A DNA stretch of 64,000 bases from the NCBI GenBank assembly GCA_963555825.3, contig CAUVXB020000001.1:288001-352000 (forward strand), written 5' to 3'. Below are positions 22,758 through 32,139 of this stretch, one piece after another; within the stretch, counting starts at the first letter, position 1, and each line of letters begins with the position of its first letter. The position numbers and the translations under genes were made by a program. Below the pieces are notes generated by a model. The model made no database searches. It was not told the DNA's origin and saw nothing but the letters and a program-made list of their open reading frames with translations. The stretch is from Alphaproteobacteria bacterium. GTDB lineage: Bacteria > Pseudomonadota > Alphaproteobacteria > JAAXGF01.

Positions 22758-23932
22758 TACCAGTGAGCCTATGAAATCACCTTCATGATCCATGGATAGG
22801 CGCAGAGGGTTCGCATACGATCCGGTTCTGCGATGAGGTCGATCCATGCTTGGCAACAGGCGTCGATGATGGCCTCGGTGTCGTCGAGGACGCGGAGCGA
22901 TAGGAAGCGTTCGCGTAGGTAGAGCCAAACCCGCTCGACGGGGTTGAGTTCGGGACTGTAAGGCGGCAACAGCGCCAAGGTGACGTTGTCGGGGACGGTG
23001 AGGGCGCGCTCGTCGTGCCAACCGGCGCCGTCGCACATCATGACGGCGTGCGCATCCTGGTCCAGGGTATCGGCGAAGTGTGCGAGAAACAGGTCCATGA
23101 CCTTGGCGTTGACGCTCGGCATCACCAGGGTGACGTCGTCGCCGGTGTCCGGGCGCACGGCGGAGAAGATGTAGGCCCACTGGTAGCCGATTTGACGCGT
23201 CCCGGGGGCACGCTCGCCCCTGCGCCACCACCGGTGACACACCCGGCCCTTGTTGCCGACGCGCGCTTCATCCTGAAACCACAGCTGTAGGCGCTTGTCG
23301 GGATGCGCCGCGGCGGTCGCCTTCAGGATGTCGCGAAGCCCCCTTTTTTGAAGCGCTCCTGCGCTTCGGCGTCCCTTCGCGGGTGGCTCGGGCGCGCCTT
23401 CTGGCGGGAAAATCCCATCCGCCGTAGAACCCGGGTCATGCTCGAGGGGTGGTAGGTCTTGGCGAAGCGCTCCTCCAGCCAGCGGCACAGATCGGCCCGG
23501 GTCCAGGCGCAAACCCCGTCGCGCTCAGGCTCCGGCCCGGCGATGATGACCGCCGCCAGCGCCGCTTCCTCGTCTGCCGTCAGCCGCCGCGGCGAGTAGC
23601 CCTTTGGACGGTCGTGAAGCCCCTCCAATCCCTTTGCATTGTAACGAACAACCGCGTCGCGAAGCGTTTGGCGATCCATCCCCGCAAGCCGCGCGGCATC
23701 AGCCCGGGGCATCTCCTCCAAAGCATTCGCGATCCCATAGGCCCGCGCCGCCGCTCGACCGTACGATTCCACGCGAGCCCAGCGCCGAAGCTCCAAAGGC
23801 GTCAAATCATCCCGTATCTTGAGTGCTGATCCCATGACATCCCCCACATCTGGTGGGAGACCATAGAATCACAATCCGCCATCATCCGCCATCAATGAAT
23901 ATCCCGAGAGTCAATTCAGGCGCTCACTGGTA
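22758..23932 (-). mobile_element. IS630-family element type B, copy 1 (two ORFs, -1 frameshift)
   Basis: IR TACCAGTGAGC; HTH ORF plus DDE ORF (WFQDEARVG, CDGAGWH, PPYSPELNPVE); slippery sequence TTCAAAAAAGGGGG. Confidence 0.93.
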
Positions 23933-23935
23933 TTA

Positions 23936-25110
23936 TACCAGTGAGCCTATGAAATCACCTTCATGATCCATGGATAGGCGCAGAGGGTTCGCATACGATC
24001 CGGTTCTGCGATGAGGTCGATCCATGCTTGGCAACAGGCGTCGATGATGGCCTCGGTGTCGTCGAGGACGCGGAGCGATAGGAAGCGTTCGCGTAGGTAG
24101 AGCCAAACCCGCTCGACGGGGTTGAGTTCGGGACTGTAAGGCGGCAACAGCGCCAAGGTGACGTTGTCGGGGACGGTGAGGGCGCGCTCGTCGTGCCAAC
24201 CGGCGCCGTCGCACATCATGACGGCGTGCGCATCCTGGTCCAGGGTATCGGCGAAGTGTGCGAGAAACAGGTCCATGACCTTGGCGTTGACGCTCGGCAT
24301 CACCAGGGTGACGTCGTCGCCGGTGTCCGGGCGCACGGCGGAGAAGATGTAGGCCCACTGGTAGCCGATTTGACGCGTCCCGGGGGCACGCTCGCCCCTG
24401 CGCCACCACCGGTGACACACCCGGCCCTTGTTGCCGACGCGCGCTTCATCCTGAAACCACAGCTGTAGGCGCTTGTCGGGATGCGCCGCGGCGGTCGCCT
24501 TCAGGATGTCGCGAAGCCCCCTTTTTTGAAGCGCTCCTGCGCTTCGGCGTCCCTTCGCGGGTGGCTCGGGCGCGCCTTCTGGCGGGAAAATCCCATCCGC
24601 CGTAGAACCCGGGTCATGCTCGAGGGGTGGTAGGTCTTGGCGAAGCGCTCCTCCAGCCAGCGGCACAGATCGGCCCGGGTCCAGGCGCAAACCCCGTCGC
24701 GCTCAGGCTCCGGCCCGGCGATGATGACCGCCGCCAGCGCCGCTTCCTCGTCTGCCGTCAGCCGCCGCGGCGAGTAGCCCTTTGGACGGTCGTGAAGCCC
24801 CTCCAATCCCTTTGCATTGTAACGAACAACCGCGTCGCGAAGCGTTTGGCGATCCATCCCCGCAAGCCGCGCGGCATCAGCCCGGGGCATCTCCTCCAAA
24901 GCATTCGCGATCCCATAGGCCCGCGCCGCCGCTCGACCGTACGATTCCACGCGAGCCCAGCGCCGAAGCTCCAAAGGCGTCAAATCATCCCGTATCTTGA
25001 GTGCTGATCCCATGACATCCCCCACATCTGGTGGGAGACCATAGAATCACAATCCGCCATCATCCGCCATCAATGAATATCCCGAGAGTCAATTCAGGCG
25101 CTCACTGGTA
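23936..25110 (-). mobile_element. IS630-family element type B, copy 2 (tandem with copy 1, TTA spacer)
   Basis: Same sequence as copy 1; arrangement TTA-IS-TTA-IS-TTA. Confidence 0.9.
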
Positions 25111-25251
25111 TTAGTTGCGCCGGTCATGGCGTTGCTTTTTATTACATGGGGAATTGAGATTAGTTCGGCGAAATTTTCTTTCCTTATGGAGCTAAATACA
25201 GCGTTCGTCATTGCTGTAGTTGGATGGATTATTGTAACGTTTCCTCTCTTA

Positions 25252-26426
25252 TACCAGTGAGCCTATGAAATCACCTTCATGATCCATGGATAGGCGCAGA
25301 GGGTTCGCATACGATCCGGTTCTGCGATGAGGTCGATCCATGCTTGGCAACAGGCGTCGATGATGGCCTCGGTGTCGTCGAGGACGCGGAGCGATAGGAA
25401 GCGTTCGCGTAGGTAGAGCCAAACCCGCTCGACGGGGTTGAGTTCGGGACTGTAAGGCGGCAACAGCGCCAAGGTGACGTTGTCGGGGACGGTGAGGGCG
25501 CGCTCGTCGTGCCAACCGGCGCCGTCGCACATCATGACGGCGTGCGCATCCTGGTCCAGGGTATCGGCGAAGTGTGCGAGAAACAGGTCCATGACCTTGG
25601 CGTTGACGCTCGGCATCACCAGGGTGACGTCGTCGCCGGTGTCCGGGCGCACGGCGGAGAAGATGTAGGCCCACTGGTAGCCGATTTGACGCGTCCCGGG
25701 GGCACGCTCGCCCCTGCGCCACCACCGGTGACACACCCGGCCCTTGTTGCCGACGCGCGCTTCATCCTGAAACCACAGCTGTAGGCGCTTGTCGGGATGC
25801 GCCGCGGCGGTCGCCTTCAGGATGTCGCGAAGCCCCCTTTTTTGAAGCGCTCCTGCGCTTCGGCGTCCCTTCGCGGGTGGCTCGGGCGCGCCTTCTGGCG
25901 GGAAAATCCCATCCGCCGTAGAACCCGGGTCATGCTCGAGGGGTGGTAGGTCTTGGCGAAGCGCTCCTCCAGCCAGCGGCACAGATCGGCCCGGGTCCAG
26001 GCGCAAACCCCGTCGCGCTCAGGCTCCGGCCCGGCGATGATGACCGCCGCCAGCGCCGCTTCCTCGTCTGCCGTCAGCCGCCGCGGCGAGTAGCCCTTTG
26101 GACGGTCGTGAAGCCCCTCCAATCCCTTTGCATTGTAACGAACAACCGCGTCGCGAAGCGTTTGGCGATCCATCCCCGCAAGCCGCGCGGCATCAGCCCG
26201 GGGCATCTCCTCCAAAGCATTCGCGATCCCATAGGCCCGCGCCGCCGCTCGACCGTACGATTCCACGCGAGCCCAGCGCCGAAGCTCCAAAGGCGTCAAA
26301 TCATCCCGTATCTTGAGTGCTGATCCCATGACATCCCCCACATCTGGTGGGAGACCATAGAATCACAATCCGCCATCATCCGCCATCAATGAATATCCCG
26401 AGAGTCAATTCAGGCGCTCACTGGTA
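25252..26426 (-). mobile_element. IS630-family element type B, copy 3
   Basis: Same sequence; flanked by TTA/TTA. Confidence 0.93.
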
Positions 26427-26732
26427 TTATACCTTGGGTTGGGAGTGAGAACGCTGCTCGTGAAAATGTTACTTGGGAGGTATTTGGTCCTTAAATATCT
26501 CAGTTCCGACCAAAGGAGCAGCTTTCGTCATGCGGCGGTTGTCGGTTTGAAAACTCAAGCGTCACCTATTCTTTTCCTTCTCGGAGGGCGTTCTTTGGAT
26601 AATGTGCTAGATCAATATATAAATCGCATACACTTGCCAACACCGGATGGTGATTTGGCGAAATAGGGCAGAACCACGATGGACCCGCTTCTCCCATTTT
26701 TCCTTGAACTACCAAAATTGCGGGGAGGAGTT

Positions 26733-26897
26733 ATGGGGACATTTTACCCGATTACGGACATTTTCGTGTGTCCGCTATGGCCGTCCCCCATTGCAGGAAA
26801 AGCGCGCGTCGTAACGCCGAGACTTCCGGATCGCGTGACCCAGCGGGGCACTCGGCGGCTGGGCATCTTTTCCGGCAATGATGATAGCCGGTTCTAA
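26733..26897 (+). pseudogene. Degenerate REP-associated tyrosine transposase (RAYT) 5' remnant with upstream REP-like inverted repeat
   Basis: ARVVTPRLPDRVTQRGTRRLGIFSGNDD resembles the RAYT N-terminus ARxVxPGxPHHVTQRGNxRxxIF; TGGGGAC...GTCCCC inverted repeat upstream. Confidence 0.6.
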
Positions 26898-26899
26898 AA

Positions 26900-27138
26900 G
26901 CCGACACGTTCTCGACGAGAAGACAGTCGGGCTGTTGGATCATCTCGAATAGAGCGATCAGTTCGCCATTTTCATGGTACAGCTGTATGATGTGTTCGCG
27001 CATCGCGTGATCATAGTCTGCGGTCATCGGCTTGGGTTTTCGACCGACAATCGCTGCCCACTCCGCATAGGCGGCACGCGTTAGTTCCCGCACCGCAGTG
27101 GCATCCGCCGGGCCAGCGCGCCTGACGGGCAGCCTCAC
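26900..27138 (-). pseudogene. GNAT acetyltransferase, 3'-truncated
   Basis: GTG start overlaps the TPP-gene stop; RRAGPADATAVRELTRAAY...PKPMTADY...LLVENV, broken before the acetyl-CoA-binding motif. Confidence 0.7.
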
Positions 27139-28745
27139 ATATACCGCCCATACGCCGCCGGATCGATGCGCGCGGCGATCAGGGTGAAGCGATCGGCGGC
27201 GAGCGCGGCCTCGACCGCGGCGCGGGTCGCGTCGCGCGACTCGACGACGATGCCGTGGCCGCCCATCGCGGCGGCAAGCGCGACCCAGTCGGTCTCGCCG
27301 AAGGTGACACCGCGCTGCGGGTACTGCATGCGGTTCTGCTTGAGATCGATCAGCGAGAGCGTCGCGTCGACGAAGACGACGACGACGACCGGCATTTCGA
27401 GGTCGCGCAGCGTCGCCAGCTCGCCGAGCACCATCTCGAGCCCGGCATCGCCGGTGAAGCAGACGACCGGGCGCTCGGGCGCCGCGAGCTTGACGCCCAT
27501 GGCGAGCGGCAGCGCGCAGCCCATGGTGCAGAGCGCGGTCGACTGCAACAGCCCGCGTGGCGCATAACACGGCCAGGCGTGGCTCAGCAGGATGCGGTGG
27601 GCGCCCGAATCGACCGCGGCCACGGTGTCGCGCGGCATCGCCTCGCGCACCGCCTCGATCGCCGCCGCCGGCCCCCAGTCGCCGTCGTCGCGGAAGCTTT
27701 CGGCGATTGCGGCGCGGGCCCGGCCCGGCTCGCCGTCGGCCCAAGTCTCGCGCGGCGCGACGCCGTCGCCGAGCGCGGCGAGCCCGGCGCCGACATGGCC
27801 GACGAAGTTCATGCTGGCCTGGTGCATGTAATGGGTGTTGGCGACGGCGGCGATGTCGACGACATGCTTGTCGGGCGGCCACGGCGTGCGCCAACCCTTG
27901 CGCATCTCGATCGGGTCGTAGCCGGCGAGCACGACGAGGTCGCTGGCGTCGATCAGCGGCAGCAGCTCCTTGTCGGCGACCGGCGAGAGCCCGGCGCCGC
28001 CGAGCGCCAGCGGGTCGTCCTCGGGCAGCACGCCCTTGGCCTTGTAGGTGGTGATCAGCGGCACGCCGAAATCATGCGCGAAACTGGCCACTGCCGCCTC
28101 GGCACGGTGGTTGAGGACGTCGACGCCGGCGATCATCAGCGGCCGCTCGGCGGCGGCGAGCCAGCCGCGCGCGGTGTCCAGATCGGCGCCGGGGGCCGGC
28201 GCGGCGGGCGAGGGGGGCACGCGACGCACCGGCGCGGCGTCGGCCTGCGCGGCGTCGGCGAGACCGATCGGCATGTCGAGGTGGACCGGGCCGGGCCGGT
28301 CGTCGAGCGCGATGGCGACCGCCTTGTCGACCAGCGTGTCGACCGCGCCGTCGACCAGCGTCAGGCTCGCCTTGGTGACCGGGCGCAGCAGCGCGCCGTG
28401 GTCGAACACCTGGTGGGTGTAGTCGGCGGCGTCGACCGGGTCGACGCAACCGGTCAGGAAGATCAACGGCACCCGGTCCTGCCAGGCGTTGGCGACGGTG
28501 TTGACCGCATTGGCGACGCCGGGGCCGAGCGTCGCGACCAGCACGCCGGGCGCGCCGTCGATGTGCCACACCCCCTCGGCCATGAAGCCGGCGGGGTTCT
28601 CGTGCTTGGTCAGCACGAAGCGGATGCCGGCGCGGTCGAGCGCGTCGATCAGCGTGACGACCTCGCCGCCCGGGATGCCGAAGGCGTAGCGCACGCCGGC
28701 TTCGTGAAGCCGCCGGGCGACGATGTCGGAGGCGGAAACGGTCAT
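27135..28745 (-). CDS. Thiamine-diphosphate-dependent enzyme (acetolactate-synthase-like)
   Basis: FGIPGGE, KHENPAGFMAEG, TLGPGVAN, GPVHLDMP, TGDAG. Confidence 0.88.
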   Translation of the reverse strand: MTVSASDIVARRLHEAGVRYAFGIPGGEVVTLIDALDRAGIRFVLTKHENPAGFMAEGVWHIDGAPGVLVATLGPGVANAVNTVANAWQDRVPLIFLTGCVDPVDAADYTHQVFDHGALLRPVTKASLTLVDGAVDTLVDKAVAIALDDRPGPVHLDMPIGLADAAQADAAPVRRVPPSPAAPAPGADLDTARGWLAAAERPLMIAGVDVLNHRAEAAVASFAHDFGVPLITTYKAKGVLPEDDPLALGGAGLSPVADKELLPLIDASDLVVLAGYDPIEMRKGWRTPWPPDKHVVDIAAVANTHYMHQASMNFVGHVGAGLAALGDGVAPRETWADGEPGRARAAIAESFRDDGDWGPAAAIEAVREAMPRDTVAAVDSGAHRILLSHAWPCYAPRGLLQSTALCTMGCALPLAMGVKLAAPERPVVCFTGDAGLEMVLGELATLRDLEMPVVVVVFVDATLSLIDLKQNRMQYPQRGVTFGETDWVALAAAMGGHGIVVESRDATRAAVEAALAADRFTLIAARIDPAAYGRYM

Positions 28746-30037
28746 CAGACGAACCTCGATTTGAGCCGATGCCACGGCAGCACGACGGTGTTGGCCCAAT
28801 AGGTTCCGATACGCGCGAAGGGTGCGCGGGGCAGGGGGGTGATCGGCAACGCCATGGCGTCCTTGTCGCCGGCGATGATCATGCGCGCCAGCTCGCGGCC
28901 CAGCGCCGTCGCGGTCGGCACGCCGCGGCCCGAGAATCCGATGGCGGCGAACAACCCGGGCGCCAGTTCATGGACGCCGGGAAACTTGTACGGCGAATAA
29001 TCGATCATGCCCTGCCAATAATGCGTGAATTTGACCTCGCCGAGCGCCGGGAACAATTGCGCCAGTTCGACGCCCAGCACCGCTGAGACCTGCTCGGCGG
29101 ACTGATTGCCGCCGAGGCCGACATGGCCGCCGCTCACCAGCCGCCCGGCCTGGTCGAAGAAAAAGAAGAAATGCCGCAGGTGATAGCTTTCCTGAATGTT
29201 GTGATCGTGTGGCAGGACCGCGCGCCGGACTTCTTCGGGCAGCGGCTCGGTCGCGGCGCCGACGGCACGGATGATGTAGTAGGCGTCGTCCAGGCCCGGC
29301 CACAGACCGTGGCGGTGGGCGTTGGTCGCCATCAAGGCGGTCGCGGCGGTGACCGTGCCGCCCGGCGTCGTCACCCGCCAGCGCGCGCCGTCGCGGCCGA
29401 TCGCGGTGGCCGGTGATTTGGCGTGGATGACAGCGCCCGCCTTGAGCGCCGCGTTTGCCAGGCCCCGGCAATAAGCCAACGGGTTCAGGTGGCCGCCGTC
29501 GTCGAACACGATCGCCGACTTGAAGGCGTCCGAACCGACATAGTCGCGGATCTCGGCGCCCTCGACCCAACGCACGTTCTTACCGCGCCGCATCCACTGT
29601 TCCGCCTTGGCCTTGTGTTGGGCGACGAATTTGTCCTTGCGCACGACACTGATCATGCCGTTTTGCACGGCCTCGCAGGAGATCTGGTGGTCACGGATGA
29701 GCGAGAAGACGAGATCGGCTGCCTGCGCCTGCATGTCGTTGACGCGTTCACCGCGTTCCGCACCGAAACGGGCGGTGATGTGGTCGGGTTCCTGCCAGGC
29801 CCACTCGGGCACGCAGTGGCCGTTGTTGCGGCCCGAGCCGCCGAAGCCCGGCTGCTCGGCCTCGACGACGACGACCGAGCGCCCTGCTTCGGCGAGATGC
29901 AGCGCCGCCGAGAGCCCGCAATAGCCGGCGCCGATGATCACGACGTCGGCGCTGACGCTTTCCTTGAGCGGTGGTGTCGGTGGCGCTGCCGGCGCCGTCT
30001 TTGCCCACAGCGCCGGTTCGAGGGGCGGCGGCTTCAT
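28745..30037 (-). CDS. FAD-dependent oxidoreductase (DAO/PuuB-like)
   Basis: IIGAGYCGLSAA, GSGRNNG, GFSGRGV; translationally coupled to both neighbours. Confidence 0.87.
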   Translation of the reverse strand: MKPPPLEPALWAKTAPAAPPTPPLKESVSADVVIIGAGYCGLSAALHLAEAGRSVVVVEAEQPGFGGSGRNNGHCVPEWAWQEPDHITARFGAERGERVNDMQAQAADLVFSLIRDHQISCEAVQNGMISVVRKDKFVAQHKAKAEQWMRRGKNVRWVEGAEIRDYVGSDAFKSAIVFDDGGHLNPLAYCRGLANAALKAGAVIHAKSPATAIGRDGARWRVTTPGGTVTAATALMATNAHRHGLWPGLDDAYYIIRAVGAATEPLPEEVRRAVLPHDHNIQESYHLRHFFFFFDQAGRLVSGGHVGLGGNQSAEQVSAVLGVELAQLFPALGEVKFTHYWQGMIDYSPYKFPGVHELAPGLFAAIGFSGRGVPTATALGRELARMIIAGDKDAMALPITPLPRAPFARIGTYWANTVVLPWHRLKSRFV

Positions 30038-31437
30038 CGTGGCCGATTGTGCATCAGCTTGACGTAACCGTCGCGTGTCTGCGGCAGCTTGCGGCCCAGG
30101 ATGCGCGAGGCGACCATGGTGCGCAAAACCTGCGCCGTGCCGCCGCCGATCGTGAACATGCGCGCGTCGCGCACCATGCGCTCGAGCGGGTTGTTGCGCG
30201 AATAGCCGGCGGCGCCGAAGAGCTGCAGCGCGTCGTTGGTCACCGCGATGGCGGTCTCGGAGGTGAATATCTTGGCCTGTGCCGCCTCGGTGGCGTCGGG
30301 GAAGCCCTCGCCGGCGCCCTGGGCCGCCTTGTAGACCAGCGCGCGGGACGCCGCGAGGCGCGTGCTCATGTCGGCCAACATCCACTGCAGGCCCTGGAAC
30401 TCGGCGATCGGCCGGCCGAACTGCTCGCGCTCCTGGACGTAAGACAGCGCCATCTGGTAGGCGCCCTCGGCGATGCCGAGCGACACCGTCGCGGCGCCGA
30501 CGCGTTGCGCGTTGTAGGCGTTCATCAGGGCGCCGAAGCTATGGCGCAAGCCGCCGGGCGGCACCACCACCATGTCCTCGGCGACCTCGAGGTCGTCGAA
30601 GATGATCTCGGTCTCGGGGATGCCGCGCAGGCCCATGGCCGGCTCGCGCGTGCCGATGATCAGGCCGGGATGCGCGTCCAACAGATTCAGTACGGCGTAG
30701 TGATCGGGCGAATGGCGCGGGAAGCGCCAGTGGGTCCGGCTCTTGTGTGCGGCGCCGAAGTGAGCGCGCAGCCGTCGCCTGACGGTCGTCGGCGAGAGCT
30801 TGATACTGTTTTCCTTAATCACGTCGGCGACGGTGACCGCAGCACTTTGCGGCCCGGCCGCCTGCTTCGGGTCGCGCACGACGATGAAGGCGCCGATGCC
30901 CTGCTCCTGGTCGAATTCGTCGAACACGCGGGCGAAGATCATGTGCAGGCGCGAGACGCCGCCGCCGGTGATCCAGTGCTTCTTGCCGTTGAGCACCCAG
31001 CGGTCGCCGCGGTGTTCGGCGCGTGTCGTCATCTCGGTCGCCGCCGAGCCGGCGTCGGGCTCGGTGATGCAGATCGCCGGCTTGTCGCCGGCCAGCACCA
31101 ATTTGGCGGCGAGCTTCTTCTGCTTCTCCGAGCCATAGGCCATGATCGCGCCGATCGCGCCCATGTTGCCCTCGACGACGATGCGCGCCGTGACGCCGCA
31201 GACCTTGGCCATCTCCTCGATGACCAGCACGACATCGAAATAGGAGAGCCCGGCGCCGCCGTATTTCTTGGCCACGGTCATGCCCATGAAGCCGGCGCGG
31301 GTCAACGCGGCGACGTTGTCCCACGGGTAGGCCTCGGTGCGGTCGACCTCGGCCGCGCGCGGCGCGATTTCCGATTCGGCCAGCGCGCCGGCGCGTTCCT
31401 TGAGCTTTACTTGAGCGGGTGTCAGGGTCGCGCTCAT
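30034..31437 (-). CDS. acdA: 3-sulfinopropanoyl-CoA desulfinase (acyl-CoA dehydrogenase fold) with a ~60-aa internal insertion
   Basis: YPWDNV, LVLAGDKPAICITEP, WITGGGVSRLH, AYNAQRVGA and KLPQTRDGY match the AcdA desulfinase family as I recall it; extra segment at about 30670-30865. Confidence 0.8.
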   Translation of the reverse strand: MSATLTPAQVKLKERAGALAESEIAPRAAEVDRTEAYPWDNVAALTRAGFMGMTVAKKYGGAGLSYFDVVLVIEEMAKVCGVTARIVVEGNMGAIGAIMAYGSEKQKKLAAKLVLAGDKPAICITEPDAGSAATEMTTRAEHRGDRWVLNGKKHWITGGGVSRLHMIFARVFDEFDQEQGIGAFIVVRDPKQAAGPQSAAVTVADVIKENSIKLSPTTVRRRLRAHFGAAHKSRTHWRFPRHSPDHYAVLNLLDAHPGLIIGTREPAMGLRGIPETEIIFDDLEVAEDMVVVPPGGLRHSFGALMNAYNAQRVGAATVSLGIAEGAYQMALSYVQEREQFGRPIAEFQGLQWMLADMSTRLAASRALVYKAAQGAGEGFPDATEAAQAKIFTSETAIAVTNDALQLFGAAGYSRNNPLERMVRDARMFTIGGGTAQVLRTMVASRILGRKLPQTRDGYVKLMHNRPR

Positions 31438-31483
31438 CAGGGCCTCTCCTTAAGTCGCTTGCGCTGGCCGGCAGCCGATATGC

Positions 31484-31783
31484 TCACGCCGCGTGGGGCT
31501 CGACCTCGGCCTTCAGCCGATCGCCGGCCTCGATCTTAGCGACCTCGAGTTCGTAATTGGTCTGGAGATTAAGCCAGAATTGCTCCTCCATACGGAAAAA
31601 CATGCCGAGCCGCAACGCCGTATCGGCGGTGATGGCGCGCTTGCCGTGAACGATCTCGTTGATCCGCCGGGCTGGCACGCTGATGCTCTTGGCCAGGCGG
31701 TACTGGCTGATGCTCATCGGCTTGAGGAAGTCCTCGAGCAGAATTTCTCCGGGGTGAACCGGTGCGAATTTCCGGCCGATCAT
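31484..31783 (-). CDS. higA: HigA antitoxin
   Basis: PVHPGEILLEDFLKPM...RAITADTALRLG...FWLNLQ. Confidence 0.92.
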   Translation of the reverse strand: MIGRKFAPVHPGEILLEDFLKPMSISQYRLAKSISVPARRINEIVHGKRAITADTALRLGMFFRMEEQFWLNLQTNYELEVAKIEAGDRLKAEVEPHAA

Positions 31784-31799
31784 CGTTGCCCTCCTTGGC

Positions 31800-32081
31800 T
31801 CAATGGTAATTCGCGATCTCGACGTCGTAGGCGTCGCCCGCGCGCCATTTGAAACAGATCCGCCACTGGCGATTGATGCGGACACTGTACTGGCCGGCCC
31901 GGTCGCCCGAAAGACGTTCGAGGTGGTTGCCCGGCGGCACGCGCAGCGTCTCGATCCGGTTCGCCGCGTGAATCTGCAAGAGCTTCCTGTGCGCCTGACG
32001 CTGAACCTGAACCGGCAACCGCTTCGAGCGTTGCCGATTCAACGCGCTTTGCGTCTCCTTGTCGGCGAAGCTCTTGATCAC
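31800..32081 (-). CDS. higB: HigB toxin
   Basis: IKSFADKET...LRVPPGNHLERLSGDRAGQYSVRINRQWRICFKW...VEIANYH. Confidence 0.92.
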   Translation of the reverse strand: MIKSFADKETQSALNRQRSKRLPVQVQRQAHRKLLQIHAANRIETLRVPPGNHLERLSGDRAGQYSVRINRQWRICFKWRAGDAYDVEIANYH

Positions 32082-32122
32082 GGCGTGTAATAACGTGGCA
32101 CGTTATTAACGTCAAACGTTAT
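32082..32122 (-). promoter_or_regulatory. Probable leaderless sigma70 promoter with two tandem palindromic HigA operators
   Basis: Minus strand reads TTGACG-N17-TATTAC-N5-GTG, overlapped by two TAACGT-N3-ACGTTA palindromes. Confidence 0.7.
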
Positions 32123-32139
32123 TGTATCGAGGATGGCGA

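Larger units (their letters stand above)
18720..26666 (+). pseudogene. Membrane-associated NACHT/STAND-like NTPase gene, fragmented; P-loop core deleted
   Basis: Low-GC fragments 18720-19096, 20739-21268, 22450-22757, 25114-25251 and 26430-26666; the last four rejoin in frame. Winged-helix motif FQFAHKSFFEYLVG; TM helices at both ends. Confidence 0.75.
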
